A stretch of 64,000 nt of DNA from Terriglobales bacterium (lineage in GTDB: Bacteria > Acidobacteriota > Terriglobia > Terriglobales > SCQP01), in contig DATBPS010000147.1 of assembly GCA_036561225.1 (NCBI GenBank), forward strand, positions 21,312-85,311, given 5' to 3'. The translations under genes and the position numbers were made by a program. The notes under the pieces are model-generated. The model had not been told where the DNA came from. It saw nothing but the letters and a program-made list of their open reading frames with translations, and ran no database searches. Positions 38,426 to 47,585 of the stretch are shown one piece after another (within the stretch, counting starts at the first letter, position 1; each line of letters begins with the position of its first letter).

Positions 38426-39001
38426 ATGGGTACGGAAATGGATGTGATCAGCAGCCAGGAGCTGGTGCGCTCGCTGCTGGCCAGGCTGGGCGAAGACCCG
38501 GAGCGCGAAGGCCTCAGAAACACGCCGGAACGTTACTTCAAGGCGATGGAGTTCCTGACCAGCGGCTACCAATGTGACCTGCAGGCACTGCTGACTAGCG
38601 CTCTGTTCACCGTGGACTACGACGAAATGGTGATCGTGCGCGACATCGAGGTTTTCAGCCTTTGCGAGCACCATCTGCTGCCCTTCTTCGGCCGTTGCCA
38701 TGTGGCTTACCTACCCAAGGGAAAAGTGCTGGGGTTGAGCAAGATTCCGCGCCTGGTGGATGCGTTTGCGCGCCGCCTGCAAGTGCAGGAGCGGCTGACC
38801 ACCCAGATCGCGGAGACGATTCAGGAGTGGATCAAGCCGGAAGGGGTGGGCGTCGTGGTGGAAGCGCAACATTTGTGCATGATGATGCGCGGAGTGGAAA
38901 AACAGCATTCTTCCGCCGTGACCAGCCACATGCTGGGGACCTTCCGTACCTGCGCCGAAACCCGCAGCGAATTCCTGTCGCTGATTCGCGGCCGTTCCTA
39001 A
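38426..39001 (+). CDS. folE: GTP cyclohydrolase I FolE
   Basis: [11 protein letters not shown], the [10 protein letters not shown] zinc-site motif and [14 protein letters not shown] are present. ATG 38426 was chosen. Confidence 0.9.
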   Translation: MGTEMDVISSQELVRSLLARLGEDPEREGLRNTPERYFKAMEFLTSGYQCDLQALLTSALFTVDYDEMVIVRDIEVFSLCEHHLLPFFGRCHVAYLPKGKVLGLSKIPRLVDAFARRLQVQERLTTQIAETIQEWIKPEGVGVVVEAQHLCMMMRGVEKQHSSAVTSHMLGTFRTCAETRSEFLSLIRGRS

Positions 39002-39065
39002 AGGCGGAAATATTGCCCCCGATTGGGGTGTAGCCCTGCGCCGCCCGCCTTCCCATTCTGGTTAG

Positions 39066-42029
39066 GTGCCGAGGTGGGGTTGCATCGGCGTCTTTCTGGT
39101 TACGCTACCACTGGCGATGGTCGCGCAAGCCCCCGTTTGGGTGCCGGCGGGCCCCATGGGGGCCGGTCCCATGGAAGCCCTGGTGGTGGGCGGCGGGAGC
39201 GGGGCGCCAACACTGCTGGCGGGAGGCGCCGGCGGTGTCTGGCAGTTGAGCAATCAGAGTTGGACTGCGCTGAGTGATGGGGTGCCGGTGAGCGCGCTGG
39301 CGGTCAGTTCCCAGGGGACGATTGTGGCCGGCACTGGCGACCTGCACGGCGCGCGCACCTGGGGCGGGGTGGGCCTCGAAGTCAGCAGCGACGGCGGCCA
39401 GAGTTGGAACCGTCTGGCCGGCGCCGCCCTGGGCGGAATGGCCGTCAGCCGGGTGTTGCTGAATCCCAACAATCCGCAACAGATTCTGGCCGCGGCGGTC
39501 GCCGCCTCTGATTCCGGCCCGGGCGCACAGCCGGGGCTTTATGAAAGCGACGACGGGGGCGCCACGTGGACGCTGAGCTTGGGTGGAGGCGTGTGGGACG
39601 TCGCGCGTTCGGGAACGAGTCTGCTGGCGGTGGGGAGCGCAAGTGTGGAATGGTCGGTGGGCGGGGGAGCCTGGGTTCCCGTTGCGTCGGCATCGCTGCC
39701 CGCGGGTTGGGTGCGCGGCACGGCGGTGGCGGCCGGCGGCGGTGGCTTTCTGCTGGCCTTGGCGGGGCCGACGGGGGCGGTCAGCGTGTGGCAGATTGCC
39801 GCTTCCGGAGCAGTGACCGGCCTGCCGGCGCCGCCGCTGGTGGCCAACGCGCGCGGTTTGGCGCTGGCCGAATCCAGCACCGGAGAAATATGGGTGGGAG
39901 GACAGGAAGTTGCCGAATCGAGTGACGCGGGCGGTCATTGGAGCACCGATGCGGTGAACGGCACGGTGCATGCGCTGGCGGCGCTGGGGAATGGAGCCGC
40001 CTGGGTGGGAAGCGATCAGGGGGTGTGGCAAGCCGGGGGAGGAACAACCGCGATCAGCATGAATGCGGGGTTGGCGAATGTTTCCCTCTTGGCGGCCACC
40101 CACTCTACCTCAGTGGTTTTGGGGGCGGTGGATGGCGGCGGAATTCTGGGTTGGCCGGCGACGGCGGGTGGCGAGTACGCCGCGCTGGCGGCTGCGGCGG
40201 CGGAGGTGTGCGCTCTGCGCGCCGCCGATGGTGGGTTGACCTGCACCGCCGACGGTGGCAGCCACTGGACGGCCGCGAGTGGCAGTTACTCCAGCCTGGC
40301 GGCGGGCAGTTCCGGCTTCTGGCTGGGTACGACAGGAGGTCAGGTGGTGGATCCCAGCGGCGTGGCGCACACGCTGGGCAGCGGGAGGGTGGCGGCGCTG
40401 GCGGCGGGTTCTGCCGCAGTGTGGGCATCGGTGGGAGACACGCTCTACCTCAGCCACGACGGGGGGACCACCTGGCAAGCCAATCTGACCACGGCACAGC
40501 CGGTCACCGCGATCGCGGTGGCAGGGACGGATTCGAATCTGGTGGCGGTGGCGGCCGGCGCGACGGTGGAGGCCAGCGTTGATGGCGGGCTGACCTGGAA
40601 CGAGATCAGTGGGGGGCTGACGCAAGCGCCCATCACCGGATTGGCGTTCGATGGCGGGGAACAGTTGTGGGCCGCCACGCTGGGGCGAGGCTGGTGGACG
40701 GCGGATTTCTCCTCGGCGCAGGAAACGGTGACGCTCAGCGCCGCCACCACGACAATTACGGCCGGAACCCCGGTGACCATCACCGCCACCGTGAACGCGC
40801 TGGGGCAGCCCGTGACCAGCGGCAGCGGGGTGAACTTTTCCGCCAGCCAGAGTCAATTTCAAGACTGGTCGCAGACCGACTATAGCCTGACGTTCACTCC
40901 GCTGCAGGCGGGGAGCTGGAGCGTCGAGGCGCAATATGGAAGCGCCACGGCGCAGATGGCGCTGCAAGTGAATGCGGCGGCGACCAGCCGGTTGCAGGTG
41001 GTTTCCGGTCAAAACCAGCAACAGGCGATGGGCACCCTGTTGTCGGCGCCGATTGTGCTGCTGGCCACGGATGGCTGGGCCAATCCGGTGCCGGGTGCTG
41101 TCGTCAACCTGAGCGGCGGCAACTTCAGCTCTGCGGTGCTGACCACCGGCGCCGACGGCACCGCCAGCGCCAACCTGCGGCTGCCGAACACCGTCTCGAC
41201 AGTGACTCTGACCGCTAGTACGGCGGGTGCTGCAAGCGTGAGTTGGCAGGAAACCGCCTTGCCCGCGCCCGACTATGCGCTCGTGCTCACCCCTCCCGCG
41301 GCGGCCATCGCGCCCGGCCAGTCCGGCACGTTGCTGGCCACCCTGAACCCCAGCGGAGGCTATACGGCGCCGGTACCCCTGACCTGCGTACAGCCATCCG
41401 GCGGGTGCAGGATTGCGCCCGCAATGTTGAGTCCGGGGCAGACGGCGCAGGTTACCGTGTCGGCCAGCGGCAACCAGCCGGAGATGACCGTGGTCATCGC
41501 CGCCGACAGCGCGCACCAGGCGAGCGCGAACCTGAAGCTGCAGGCATTCACCCTGGCTCCCGGTACGCTCAGCGTGAACGTCAACGCCGGGCAAAGCAGC
41601 ACCCCGATGCCACTGCAGTTGACGTCGGTGAACGGACTGAGCGGCGGGGTGGCGCTGACGGTGGCCGGCCTGCCCGCCGGCCTGACGCCGGTGTTCCAGC
41701 CTTCGCCGGCAAATCTGGCGGCTTCCGGCGTCCCCGCCACGGTGCAATTTTCACTGCTCGCCGCGCAAAGCAGTCAGGGCCCGGCGGGCGGGCTGGGGCT
41801 GCTGCTGGCGGCCGGTGCCTGGCTGCTGGCGGAGATGAAGTGCCGTGGCAAGCGCTGGCGGTGGGTGATGGCGGTGTGCCTGCTGGCGGCGGGATGCGGC
41901 GGCGGGGCCGGGCCGCCCCCGCCGCCCGCCCGGGCGCCGGTGGTCAACACTTATAACCTGCAGGTGACAGCCGTGGTGAGCGGACTGAGCGCCACCGTGC
42001 CACTGACGGTAAATCTAATCTCGCAGTAG
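39066..42029 (+). CDS. large secreted Asp-box (BNR) repeat + Ig-like domain protein with unusual C-terminal TM/lipobox tail
   Basis: Signal peptide, six Asp-boxes (SSDGGQSW, SDDGGATW, SSDAGGHW, TADGGSHW, SHDGGTTW, SVDGGLTW), then Ig-like repeats (TITAGTPVTITATVNALGQPV...). The tail is GLGLLLAAGAWLLAEMKCRGKRWRWVMAVCLLAAGC... Confidence 0.7.
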   Translation: MPRWGCIGVFLVTLPLAMVAQAPVWVPAGPMGAGPMEALVVGGGSGAPTLLAGGAGGVWQLSNQSWTALSDGVPVSALAVSSQGTIVAGTGDLHGARTWGGVGLEVSSDGGQSWNRLAGAALGGMAVSRVLLNPNNPQQILAAAVAASDSGPGAQPGLYESDDGGATWTLSLGGGVWDVARSGTSLLAVGSASVEWSVGGGAWVPVASASLPAGWVRGTAVAAGGGGFLLALAGPTGAVSVWQIAASGAVTGLPAPPLVANARGLALAESSTGEIWVGGQEVAESSDAGGHWSTDAVNGTVHALAALGNGAAWVGSDQGVWQAGGGTTAISMNAGLANVSLLAATHSTSVVLGAVDGGGILGWPATAGGEYAALAAAAAEVCALRAADGGLTCTADGGSHWTAASGSYSSLAAGSSGFWLGTTGGQVVDPSGVAHTLGSGRVAALAAGSAAVWASVGDTLYLSHDGGTTWQANLTTAQPVTAIAVAGTDSNLVAVAAGATVEASVDGGLTWNEISGGLTQAPITGLAFDGGEQLWAATLGRGWWTADFSSAQETVTLSAATTTITAGTPVTITATVNALGQPVTSGSGVNFSASQSQFQDWSQTDYSLTFTPLQAGSWSVEAQYGSATAQMALQVNAAATSRLQVVSGQNQQQAMGTLLSAPIVLLATDGWANPVPGAVVNLSGGNFSSAVLTTGADGTASANLRLPNTVSTVTLTASTAGAASVSWQETALPAPDYALVLTPPAAAIAPGQSGTLLATLNPSGGYTAPVPLTCVQPSGGCRIAPAMLSPGQTAQVTVSASGNQPEMTVVIAADSAHQASANLKLQAFTLAPGTLSVNVNAGQSSTPMPLQLTSVNGLSGGVALTVAGLPAGLTPVFQPSPANLAASGVPATVQFSLLAAQSSQGPAGGLGLLLAAGAWLLAEMKCRGKRWRWVMAVCLLAAGCGGGAGPPPPPARAPVVNTYNLQVTAVVSGLSATVPLTVNLISQ

Positions 42030-42111
42030 GTAGATGGGCAAGCCCTCCAGTAACTCAGAACCCAGATTGGATAAGGCGGGCGGAATCAGGTACACTAATC
42101 GGCCAGCTACG

Positions 42112-44535
42112 ATGTGGTCGGCAGGCGAAGCAACGGCGCGGGGTTTGGGTTGGGCTTTGCGCCGCATGAAGCGGCGCTGGGCGGTCATGCTGATGGCGGT
42201 GGTGACGCTGGGGCTGGCCATGGGCGCCAGTACCGCCATGTTCAGCGTCTTCAACCAGTTGGTGGTGAATCCGCTGCCCTTTGACCAGTCGCGGCAGTTG
42301 GTCTGGTTGCAACCTTCCAGCCTGCGCACCGGCGCCGTCCAGGGCAGTGGCTTTTCGATCCCTGATTTTCTGGATTTGCGGGCGCAGTCGCACAGCCTGC
42401 AGCCAATGGCGGCCTATTTCTCCAATGTGGCCACTCTGGTCGGCCAGGGCGCTCCGCAACACGTGGATTACGCCATTGTGTCGGGCGATTTTTTTGCCGC
42501 ACTACGGGTGCCTGCCGCGCTGGGGCGGACCTTCAATCGCGCCGACGAAGAGCCCAGCATCCCCCAAACCGCGATTCTAAGCCAAGGACTGTGGAGGACG
42601 CGCTTTGGCGGTGATGCCAGCGTGTTGGGGCGCAACCTGGACCTGGACAATCGCCTGCTCACCATCGTGGGCGTGATGCCGGCCGGCTTCGACTTTCCCC
42701 GGGGCACGGAATTGTGGCTGCCCAAGCCCTTGGCCAGCGACCCGGTCCAGGTGAGAAGCTGGCGCTTCTTGAGCGCGTTTGCCCGTCTGGGGCCGGGGCA
42801 GTCACTGGGCGGGGCACAGAAGGAGATGGACGCCATCTCCCTTCGGCTGGCGCAGGCCTACCCGAAGTCCAACAGCGATCACGGCATCCATTTGGAGCCG
42901 CTGGACCAGTGGGTCGCGGGACCGATCGCCGTGACGCTGGAAATTATGATGGCCGCGGTTTTGTTGTTGCTGTGCCTGGCGTGTGTGAATGTGGGTAATT
43001 TGCTGCTGGGCGAATCGGTGGGCCGGCGGCGGGAGATGGCGCTGCAGGCGAGTCTGGGCGCCGGCCGGCGACATTTGCTGGGGCAATTGTTGCTGGAAGG
43101 GCTGGTGTTGGCCGGAATGGCGGCGGCGGTGGGGTGGGGACTGGCGGGGCTGGTGGTGCCGCTGGTGCGGAGTGTGCACCCGGCCAGTTTGCCGCAGTTG
43201 GCCCAGGTGCGTTTGAACGGTTGGGTGCTGGGCTTCAGCGCTCTGGTAACCCTGCTGACGGCGGTGTGGTTCGGGCTGGCGCCGGCGTGGGAGCTGTTGC
43301 GGCCGTCCTCGATGCAGAGCCTGCACCGCTCCTCGGGACCGCAGGCGGCGCGATCGCGCATGCCCAATGGTCTGGTGATGGCGGAGGTGGCCAGCACGGT
43401 GGTGCTGATGATCGCCTCCGGACTGTTTTGGCAAAGTCTGCGCCAGCTGCAGCACACCAACCCGGGATACCGCACCGACCATGTGCTCACCTTCCGGGTC
43501 TCGCTGCTGTTCAACAGCACGGCGGAATTGGAGGCCGGCTTTCCCTACTTCGCCCGCCTCAATCAGCGGCTGCAGCAACTGCCGGGCGTGCGGGCGGCGG
43601 GGCTGGTTTCGGAGTTGCCCTACATGCCGGCCCAGGGTCACGGCGCGGTAAGCGCGGCGGACAACGCCGCCCAGCTCGCCCTGCCCCAGGATGAACGGCC
43701 GCAGGCCGACCTGCTCGCCGTGCTGCCGGGTTACTTTGCCGCGGCCGGCATTCAGCTGCAAGGGCGGGGATTTGTGGCGGCTGACAACCAAGCCGACGGG
43801 CCGCGGGTGGCCATTGTGAGCGCGCATCTGGCGCAGCGGCTGTTTCCCGGCCGGCCGGCGCTGGAGCAGGGCATTGTAGTGGAAGGAAGGAAGGCGCCCT
43901 ACCAGATTGTGGGTATCGCGGCGGATATCGGACAACGGGGACCCGGGACAACGGCGGCGGACGACCTCTACCTGCCGCTCGAGCAGTCGCACCGCGGCGA
44001 GATGAGCGCGGCGGTGTGGACGCAGGGGGATCCGAAGAGCCTGTTGCCCGCCATCCGGCGGATTTCCGGGGAGATCAACCCGCAGGTGCCGGTGTATGAA
44101 GTGAGCACCCTGGGCCAACGCTGGAGCGACGTGACCCTGCCGGAGCGCTACCGCACCCGGCTGCTGCTGGCGATGGCGGTGCTGGCGCTGTTGCTGGCTA
44201 CCGCCGGGTTATACGGCGTGCTGGCCCACAGCGTGGCCCAGCGACGGCAGGAGATCGGCATCCGCATGGCCTTGGGCGCCAGCGCGGCCCAGGTTTGGGG
44301 CCGGGTGGTCGGGCAGTCGCTGCGCATGATCCTCACCGGCACCGCCGTGGGCTTGCTGGCCGCCTGGTGGTTGCGCAACAGCCTGCACCATCTTTTACAT
44401 GCGGCGGCGCTGGGCGAGTTCTGGATGTGGATCGGCGTGCCGCTGCTGGTGATCGGAGTGGGAATGGCGGCGGCAGTGATTCCGGCGCGGCGGGCGGCAC
44501 GGGTGGACCCGGTCACCACGTTACGCTGCGACTAA
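42112..44535 (+). CDS. ADOP-type duplicated FtsX/MacB-like ABC transporter permease
   Basis: Two tandem modules are present, each with a TM helix, a large periplasmic domain and an FtsX 3-TM bundle. The N-terminus LRRMKRRWAVMLMAVVTLGLAMGASTAMFSV is typical of the family. ATG 42112 was chosen. Confidence 0.8.
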   Translation: MWSAGEATARGLGWALRRMKRRWAVMLMAVVTLGLAMGASTAMFSVFNQLVVNPLPFDQSRQLVWLQPSSLRTGAVQGSGFSIPDFLDLRAQSHSLQPMAAYFSNVATLVGQGAPQHVDYAIVSGDFFAALRVPAALGRTFNRADEEPSIPQTAILSQGLWRTRFGGDASVLGRNLDLDNRLLTIVGVMPAGFDFPRGTELWLPKPLASDPVQVRSWRFLSAFARLGPGQSLGGAQKEMDAISLRLAQAYPKSNSDHGIHLEPLDQWVAGPIAVTLEIMMAAVLLLLCLACVNVGNLLLGESVGRRREMALQASLGAGRRHLLGQLLLEGLVLAGMAAAVGWGLAGLVVPLVRSVHPASLPQLAQVRLNGWVLGFSALVTLLTAVWFGLAPAWELLRPSSMQSLHRSSGPQAARSRMPNGLVMAEVASTVVLMIASGLFWQSLRQLQHTNPGYRTDHVLTFRVSLLFNSTAELEAGFPYFARLNQRLQQLPGVRAAGLVSELPYMPAQGHGAVSAADNAAQLALPQDERPQADLLAVLPGYFAAAGIQLQGRGFVAADNQADGPRVAIVSAHLAQRLFPGRPALEQGIVVEGRKAPYQIVGIAADIGQRGPGTTAADDLYLPLEQSHRGEMSAAVWTQGDPKSLLPAIRRISGEINPQVPVYEVSTLGQRWSDVTLPERYRTRLLLAMAVLALLLATAGLYGVLAHSVAQRRQEIGIRMALGASAAQVWGRVVGQSLRMILTGTAVGLLAAWWLRNSLHHLLHAAALGEFWMWIGVPLLVIGVGMAAAVIPARRAARVDPVTTLRCD

Positions 44536-44636
44536 GGTCGCCGGACGCGGGGGCCGCGCCGTTGACACCGTGGGCCAAGTCGGCGCGGAAGGCTGCGAAA
44601 TTCACGCCGTGGCGGCCCGCCCCCGGCAAACTAAGA

Positions 44637-44729
44637 GGCGCGGACCCGACCGGGCTGGGGCTCAAGGGGCCCCCAGCCCGGTCGAGCGTCAAGCGGGTCG
44701 AGTGGCGAAGCCACTCGGGGTCCCGCGCC
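44637..44729. other. GC-rich element able to fold as a three-helix junction (outer 11-bp helix enclosing 13-bp and 8-bp hairpins); structured RNA or compound terminator
   Basis: Complementarity read directly. GGCGCGGACCC (44637-47) pairs with GGGTcCCGCGCC (44718-29), with c44722 bulged. GACCGGGCTGGGG (44648-60) pairs with CCCCAGCCCGGTC (44671-83). CGAGTGGC-gaa-GCCACTCG spans 44699-717. The element lies in the 223-nt spacer between the convergent permease and tolC. Confidence 0.4.
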
Positions 44730-44758
44730 AATCAATGCAACGGACGCCCGCACCGGCC

Positions 44759-46630
44759 TCAATTATTATTGTTGGCGCGCGGCATCTGGGTGATCTTGCC
44801 GTTTTCGGCATCCAGCACGGAGATGCGATTGGCGTCGAGGGTGCGTCCGGTCAGGCGCTCGACATTCACCTTGTTCTGGATATAGGTGCTCTGGGCAGTG
44901 ACCAGGGCGCTTTCGGCATTGGTGAGATTGCTCTGATCGGTGAGCACCTGGGTGATCGTGGTGGCGCCGAGGTCCAGTTTCTTCTGATCGGCTTCCAGGG
45001 TTTCACGAATGAGGGTGACGGCGTCCTGGGCGGCGAGAATCTGCGCGCGGCTGGACTGCAGCGCGAACTGCGCTTGCTGCACACTGATGATGATGTTGTT
45101 GATCTGCTGCTGCTGCTGCAGATAGGACTGCTGCAATTGCAGTTGCGCGCGGGCCACGTCGGCCTGGGCGGTGCGGTTGCGGATGGGAATCTGCAGGTTG
45201 ATGCCGGCCGAATAGCTGGGGTAGTTGCCGGCGAAGACATCGCCGAAGGTGCTGCCGTAGCTGCCTTGCAGCGAGTTGGAGTTGTACCCGACCACCAGAT
45301 TCAACTGCGGCAGCAACTCGTTTTTGGTGGCCTTGAGGCTCATCTCCGAGATGGCCAGGTTAATGCGCGTTTCCGCCAGCTCGGGGCGATACTGCAGCGC
45401 CAGCTTGACCAGCTCACTGGCGGGCTGGATGGGTTCGTTGGCGGGCAGGGTGATCTTGTCGGTGGTGACCACATCGGCGCCGGCCAATGTGGGGTCGGCG
45501 AGATTGCGGGTGATGGCGTTTTTGAGCAGCAGGCCGTTGTATTCCAGGCTGGTCTGGTCGGCGATGAGGGTTTGCTGCTGGGTGGCGAGGTTGGCGCGCG
45601 CCTGGGTGACCTGCAGCGGGGCCATGGTGCCGATCTCCACCTGACGCTGCGTGTCACTGAGGATTTTCTGGGCCAGATCCACCGCTTCCTGGGCGACCTT
45701 GACCGCCTCATTGGCGGTGACCACGTTCCAGTAAATGTCTTCCACCTGGGCGACGGTGGCCATCACCTGCTGGGAGAAGGCGATGTCGGCAATCTCGCGG
45801 TTGTCCTTGGCCTGGATCAGGTTGCGGCTGTTGAGCTCGATGCCGAACCCCTGCAACAGCGGTTGCGAGAAGGAGAACGCCAGACCGGAGGAGAACTGCG
45901 GGTTGAACAGGTTGCGGGTGCTGGTGCTGCTGCTGCGCACGTTGTTGTAGCCGAGGCTCATGGTGCCGCCGGTGAGGAAGCCCTGGTTGTAACTGAAATC
46001 GGCGACGCCGGAGTGGGACTGAATGGTGGGCAGGCCGGTGAGCACGGTGCTGCCCTGGGGTGTGACCTGATCGGCGAGGCTGAAGTTGGCGTTCAGCGTG
46101 GGGTCGAGGCTGGGGACGGCGGGGCCGCCGCCCAGGGTGGAGGTGACGATGCCGCCCGCGCCGGCGCCGGCGCCGCCGGCTCCGGTGCTGGTCCCGCCCG
46201 CGCTGGCGCCGCCCGCTCCGGCCACGCCGGTGGTGGGGCCGCCGCCCCCGGGGGTGCCGCTGACGATGCCGGTGGAGACACCGCGCGGGGTCGAACCCGC
46301 CTTGGCGCGCAGTATGTCGGTGTCGGCGATGGGCAGGTTGTAGCGCTGGATGGCGATGTCGAGGTTGTTTTCGAGCGCCAGGGCGATGGCGTCGTCGAGG
46401 GAGACGTAGAGCTTGCCGCCGCGCAGCAGGCTCATCACCCGCTGGCTGTTGGACAACTGCAGCGGAGCCACGGCGATCGGCTTCTGGCCGAACAGGGTCT
46501 GGGTCCAGGGACGGCCGGTGGAGAAGTTGATGCCTTCGGGATTGACGTCAATGCTGCGGCTCTGGCCCAGAGCCGGCAAAGCGGCGAGGACCAGCGCGGA
46601 GACGGGGAGCAGAAGCCTGCGCAGGATCAT
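44759..46630 (-). CDS. TolC family outer-membrane efflux protein
   Basis: Signal peptide MILRRLLLPVSALVLAALPALGQS. It has two OEP-type repeats and coiled-coil segments. A Gly/Ala/Thr-rich insert lies near the N-terminus, and the C-terminus ends in NNNN. Confidence 0.8.
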   Translation of the reverse strand: MILRRLLLPVSALVLAALPALGQSRSIDVNPEGINFSTGRPWTQTLFGQKPIAVAPLQLSNSQRVMSLLRGGKLYVSLDDAIALALENNLDIAIQRYNLPIADTDILRAKAGSTPRGVSTGIVSGTPGGGGPTTGVAGAGGASAGGTSTGAGGAGAGAGGIVTSTLGGGPAVPSLDPTLNANFSLADQVTPQGSTVLTGLPTIQSHSGVADFSYNQGFLTGGTMSLGYNNVRSSSTSTRNLFNPQFSSGLAFSFSQPLLQGFGIELNSRNLIQAKDNREIADIAFSQQVMATVAQVEDIYWNVVTANEAVKVAQEAVDLAQKILSDTQRQVEIGTMAPLQVTQARANLATQQQTLIADQTSLEYNGLLLKNAITRNLADPTLAGADVVTTDKITLPANEPIQPASELVKLALQYRPELAETRINLAISEMSLKATKNELLPQLNLVVGYNSNSLQGSYGSTFGDVFAGNYPSYSAGINLQIPIRNRTAQADVARAQLQLQQSYLQQQQQINNIIISVQQAQFALQSSRAQILAAQDAVTLIRETLEADQKKLDLGATTITQVLTDQSNLTNAESALVTAQSTYIQNKVNVERLTGRTLDANRISVLDAENGKITQMPRANNNN

Positions 46631-46817
46631 GGATTTCTCGGCGGTGAAGCTATGCTTGTGCAAGAGCAATGGTCACTGGGATACGAGCGAGTCGGGGGCG
46701 AAGTTCCCGTCCAGTGAGCCGCGGAGGGCGGTGGCCGCCCTGCTGCCACAGGGGCCGGGTAAGTAGAATCATAGCAGTATTCCGCCGCGCCGCCGGCACC
46801 GCGGGCGACATGTCGTT

Positions 46818-47585
46818 ATGACCGGAAATCGAACTATTCGCCTGACGCTGAGTTATGACGGAACCGGATTTCACGGCTGGCAGGTGCAGCCCGGGCGGGC
46901 GACGGTGCAGCAGGCGATCACTAGCGCCATCGCCGCGGTCACCGGCGAGTCGGTGGTGGTGCATGGATCGGGACGCACCGACGCGGGCGTACACGCCTTG
47001 GGGCAGGTGGCGCATTTTCATCTCACCGGAGCGATTCCGGTGCACGCGCTGCAGCGGGCGCTCAATGCCCGCCTTCCGCGGGACATTCGCGTGCTCGAGG
47101 CGGCCGAGGCGAGGGCGGAATTTCACGCGCGCCGGGATGCGCGCGGCAAACTGTACCGCTACCGCATGTGGAGGGAGGAAGTATGTCCTCCGTTTCTGCG
47201 GCACTATGTGGCGCACCATCCCTACCGGCTGGATGAAGCGGCGATGAGCGCGGCCGCGCCCGGGTTTGTGGGCCGGCATGACTTCCGCTCCTTTGCCGCC
47301 ACCCCGGACGGAGGCCACTCCGCCGCCGACAACACCGAGCGCCGGGTCACGCGGTCGGAGTTGTGGCGCGCCGGGCCGGAGCTGGTGTATGAGGTGGAGG
47401 GCGAGGGGTTTCTGCGCCATATGGTGCGCAACCTCATGGGTTTTCTGCTCGAGGTGGGGCGGGGAGCGCGCCGTGGGGACGAAATTCCGGCGGTATTGGC
47501 GGCGCGGAAACGGTCCGCTGCCGGCCCCACGGCGCCGCCCCAGGGACTGTACCTGGTGCGCGTGGACTATGATGAAACCTCATGA
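46818..47585 (+). CDS. truA: tRNA pseudouridine(38-40) synthase TruA
   Basis: LSYDGTGFHGWQVQPG and the GSGRTDAGVHALGQVAHF catalytic Asp motif are present. Full-length similarity. Confidence 0.9.
   Translation: MTGNRTIRLTLSYDGTGFHGWQVQPGRATVQQAITSAIAAVTGESVVVHGSGRTDAGVHALGQVAHFHLTGAIPVHALQRALNARLPRDIRVLEAAEARAEFHARRDARGKLYRYRMWREEVCPPFLRHYVAHHPYRLDEAAMSAAAPGFVGRHDFRSFAATPDGGHSAADNTERRVTRSELWRAGPELVYEVEGEGFLRHMVRNLMGFLLEVGRGARRGDEIPAVLAARKRSAAGPTAPPQGLYLVRVDYDETS

Noticed and set aside
41770-41870. PEP-CTERM sorting signal at the end of the 987-aa protein.
   Set aside because: A TM helix plus a basic cluster is present, but there is no P-E-P motif. About 55 further residues follow, so the tail does not fit the PEP-CTERM definition.
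44570-46717. 715-aa + strand ORF overlapping the tolC region.
   Set aside because: It is antisense to a TolC-like gene that has a signal peptide and family features. Its translation is repetitive Gly/Ala/Leu/Val/Asp with no motifs, and it runs through the intergenic hairpins.
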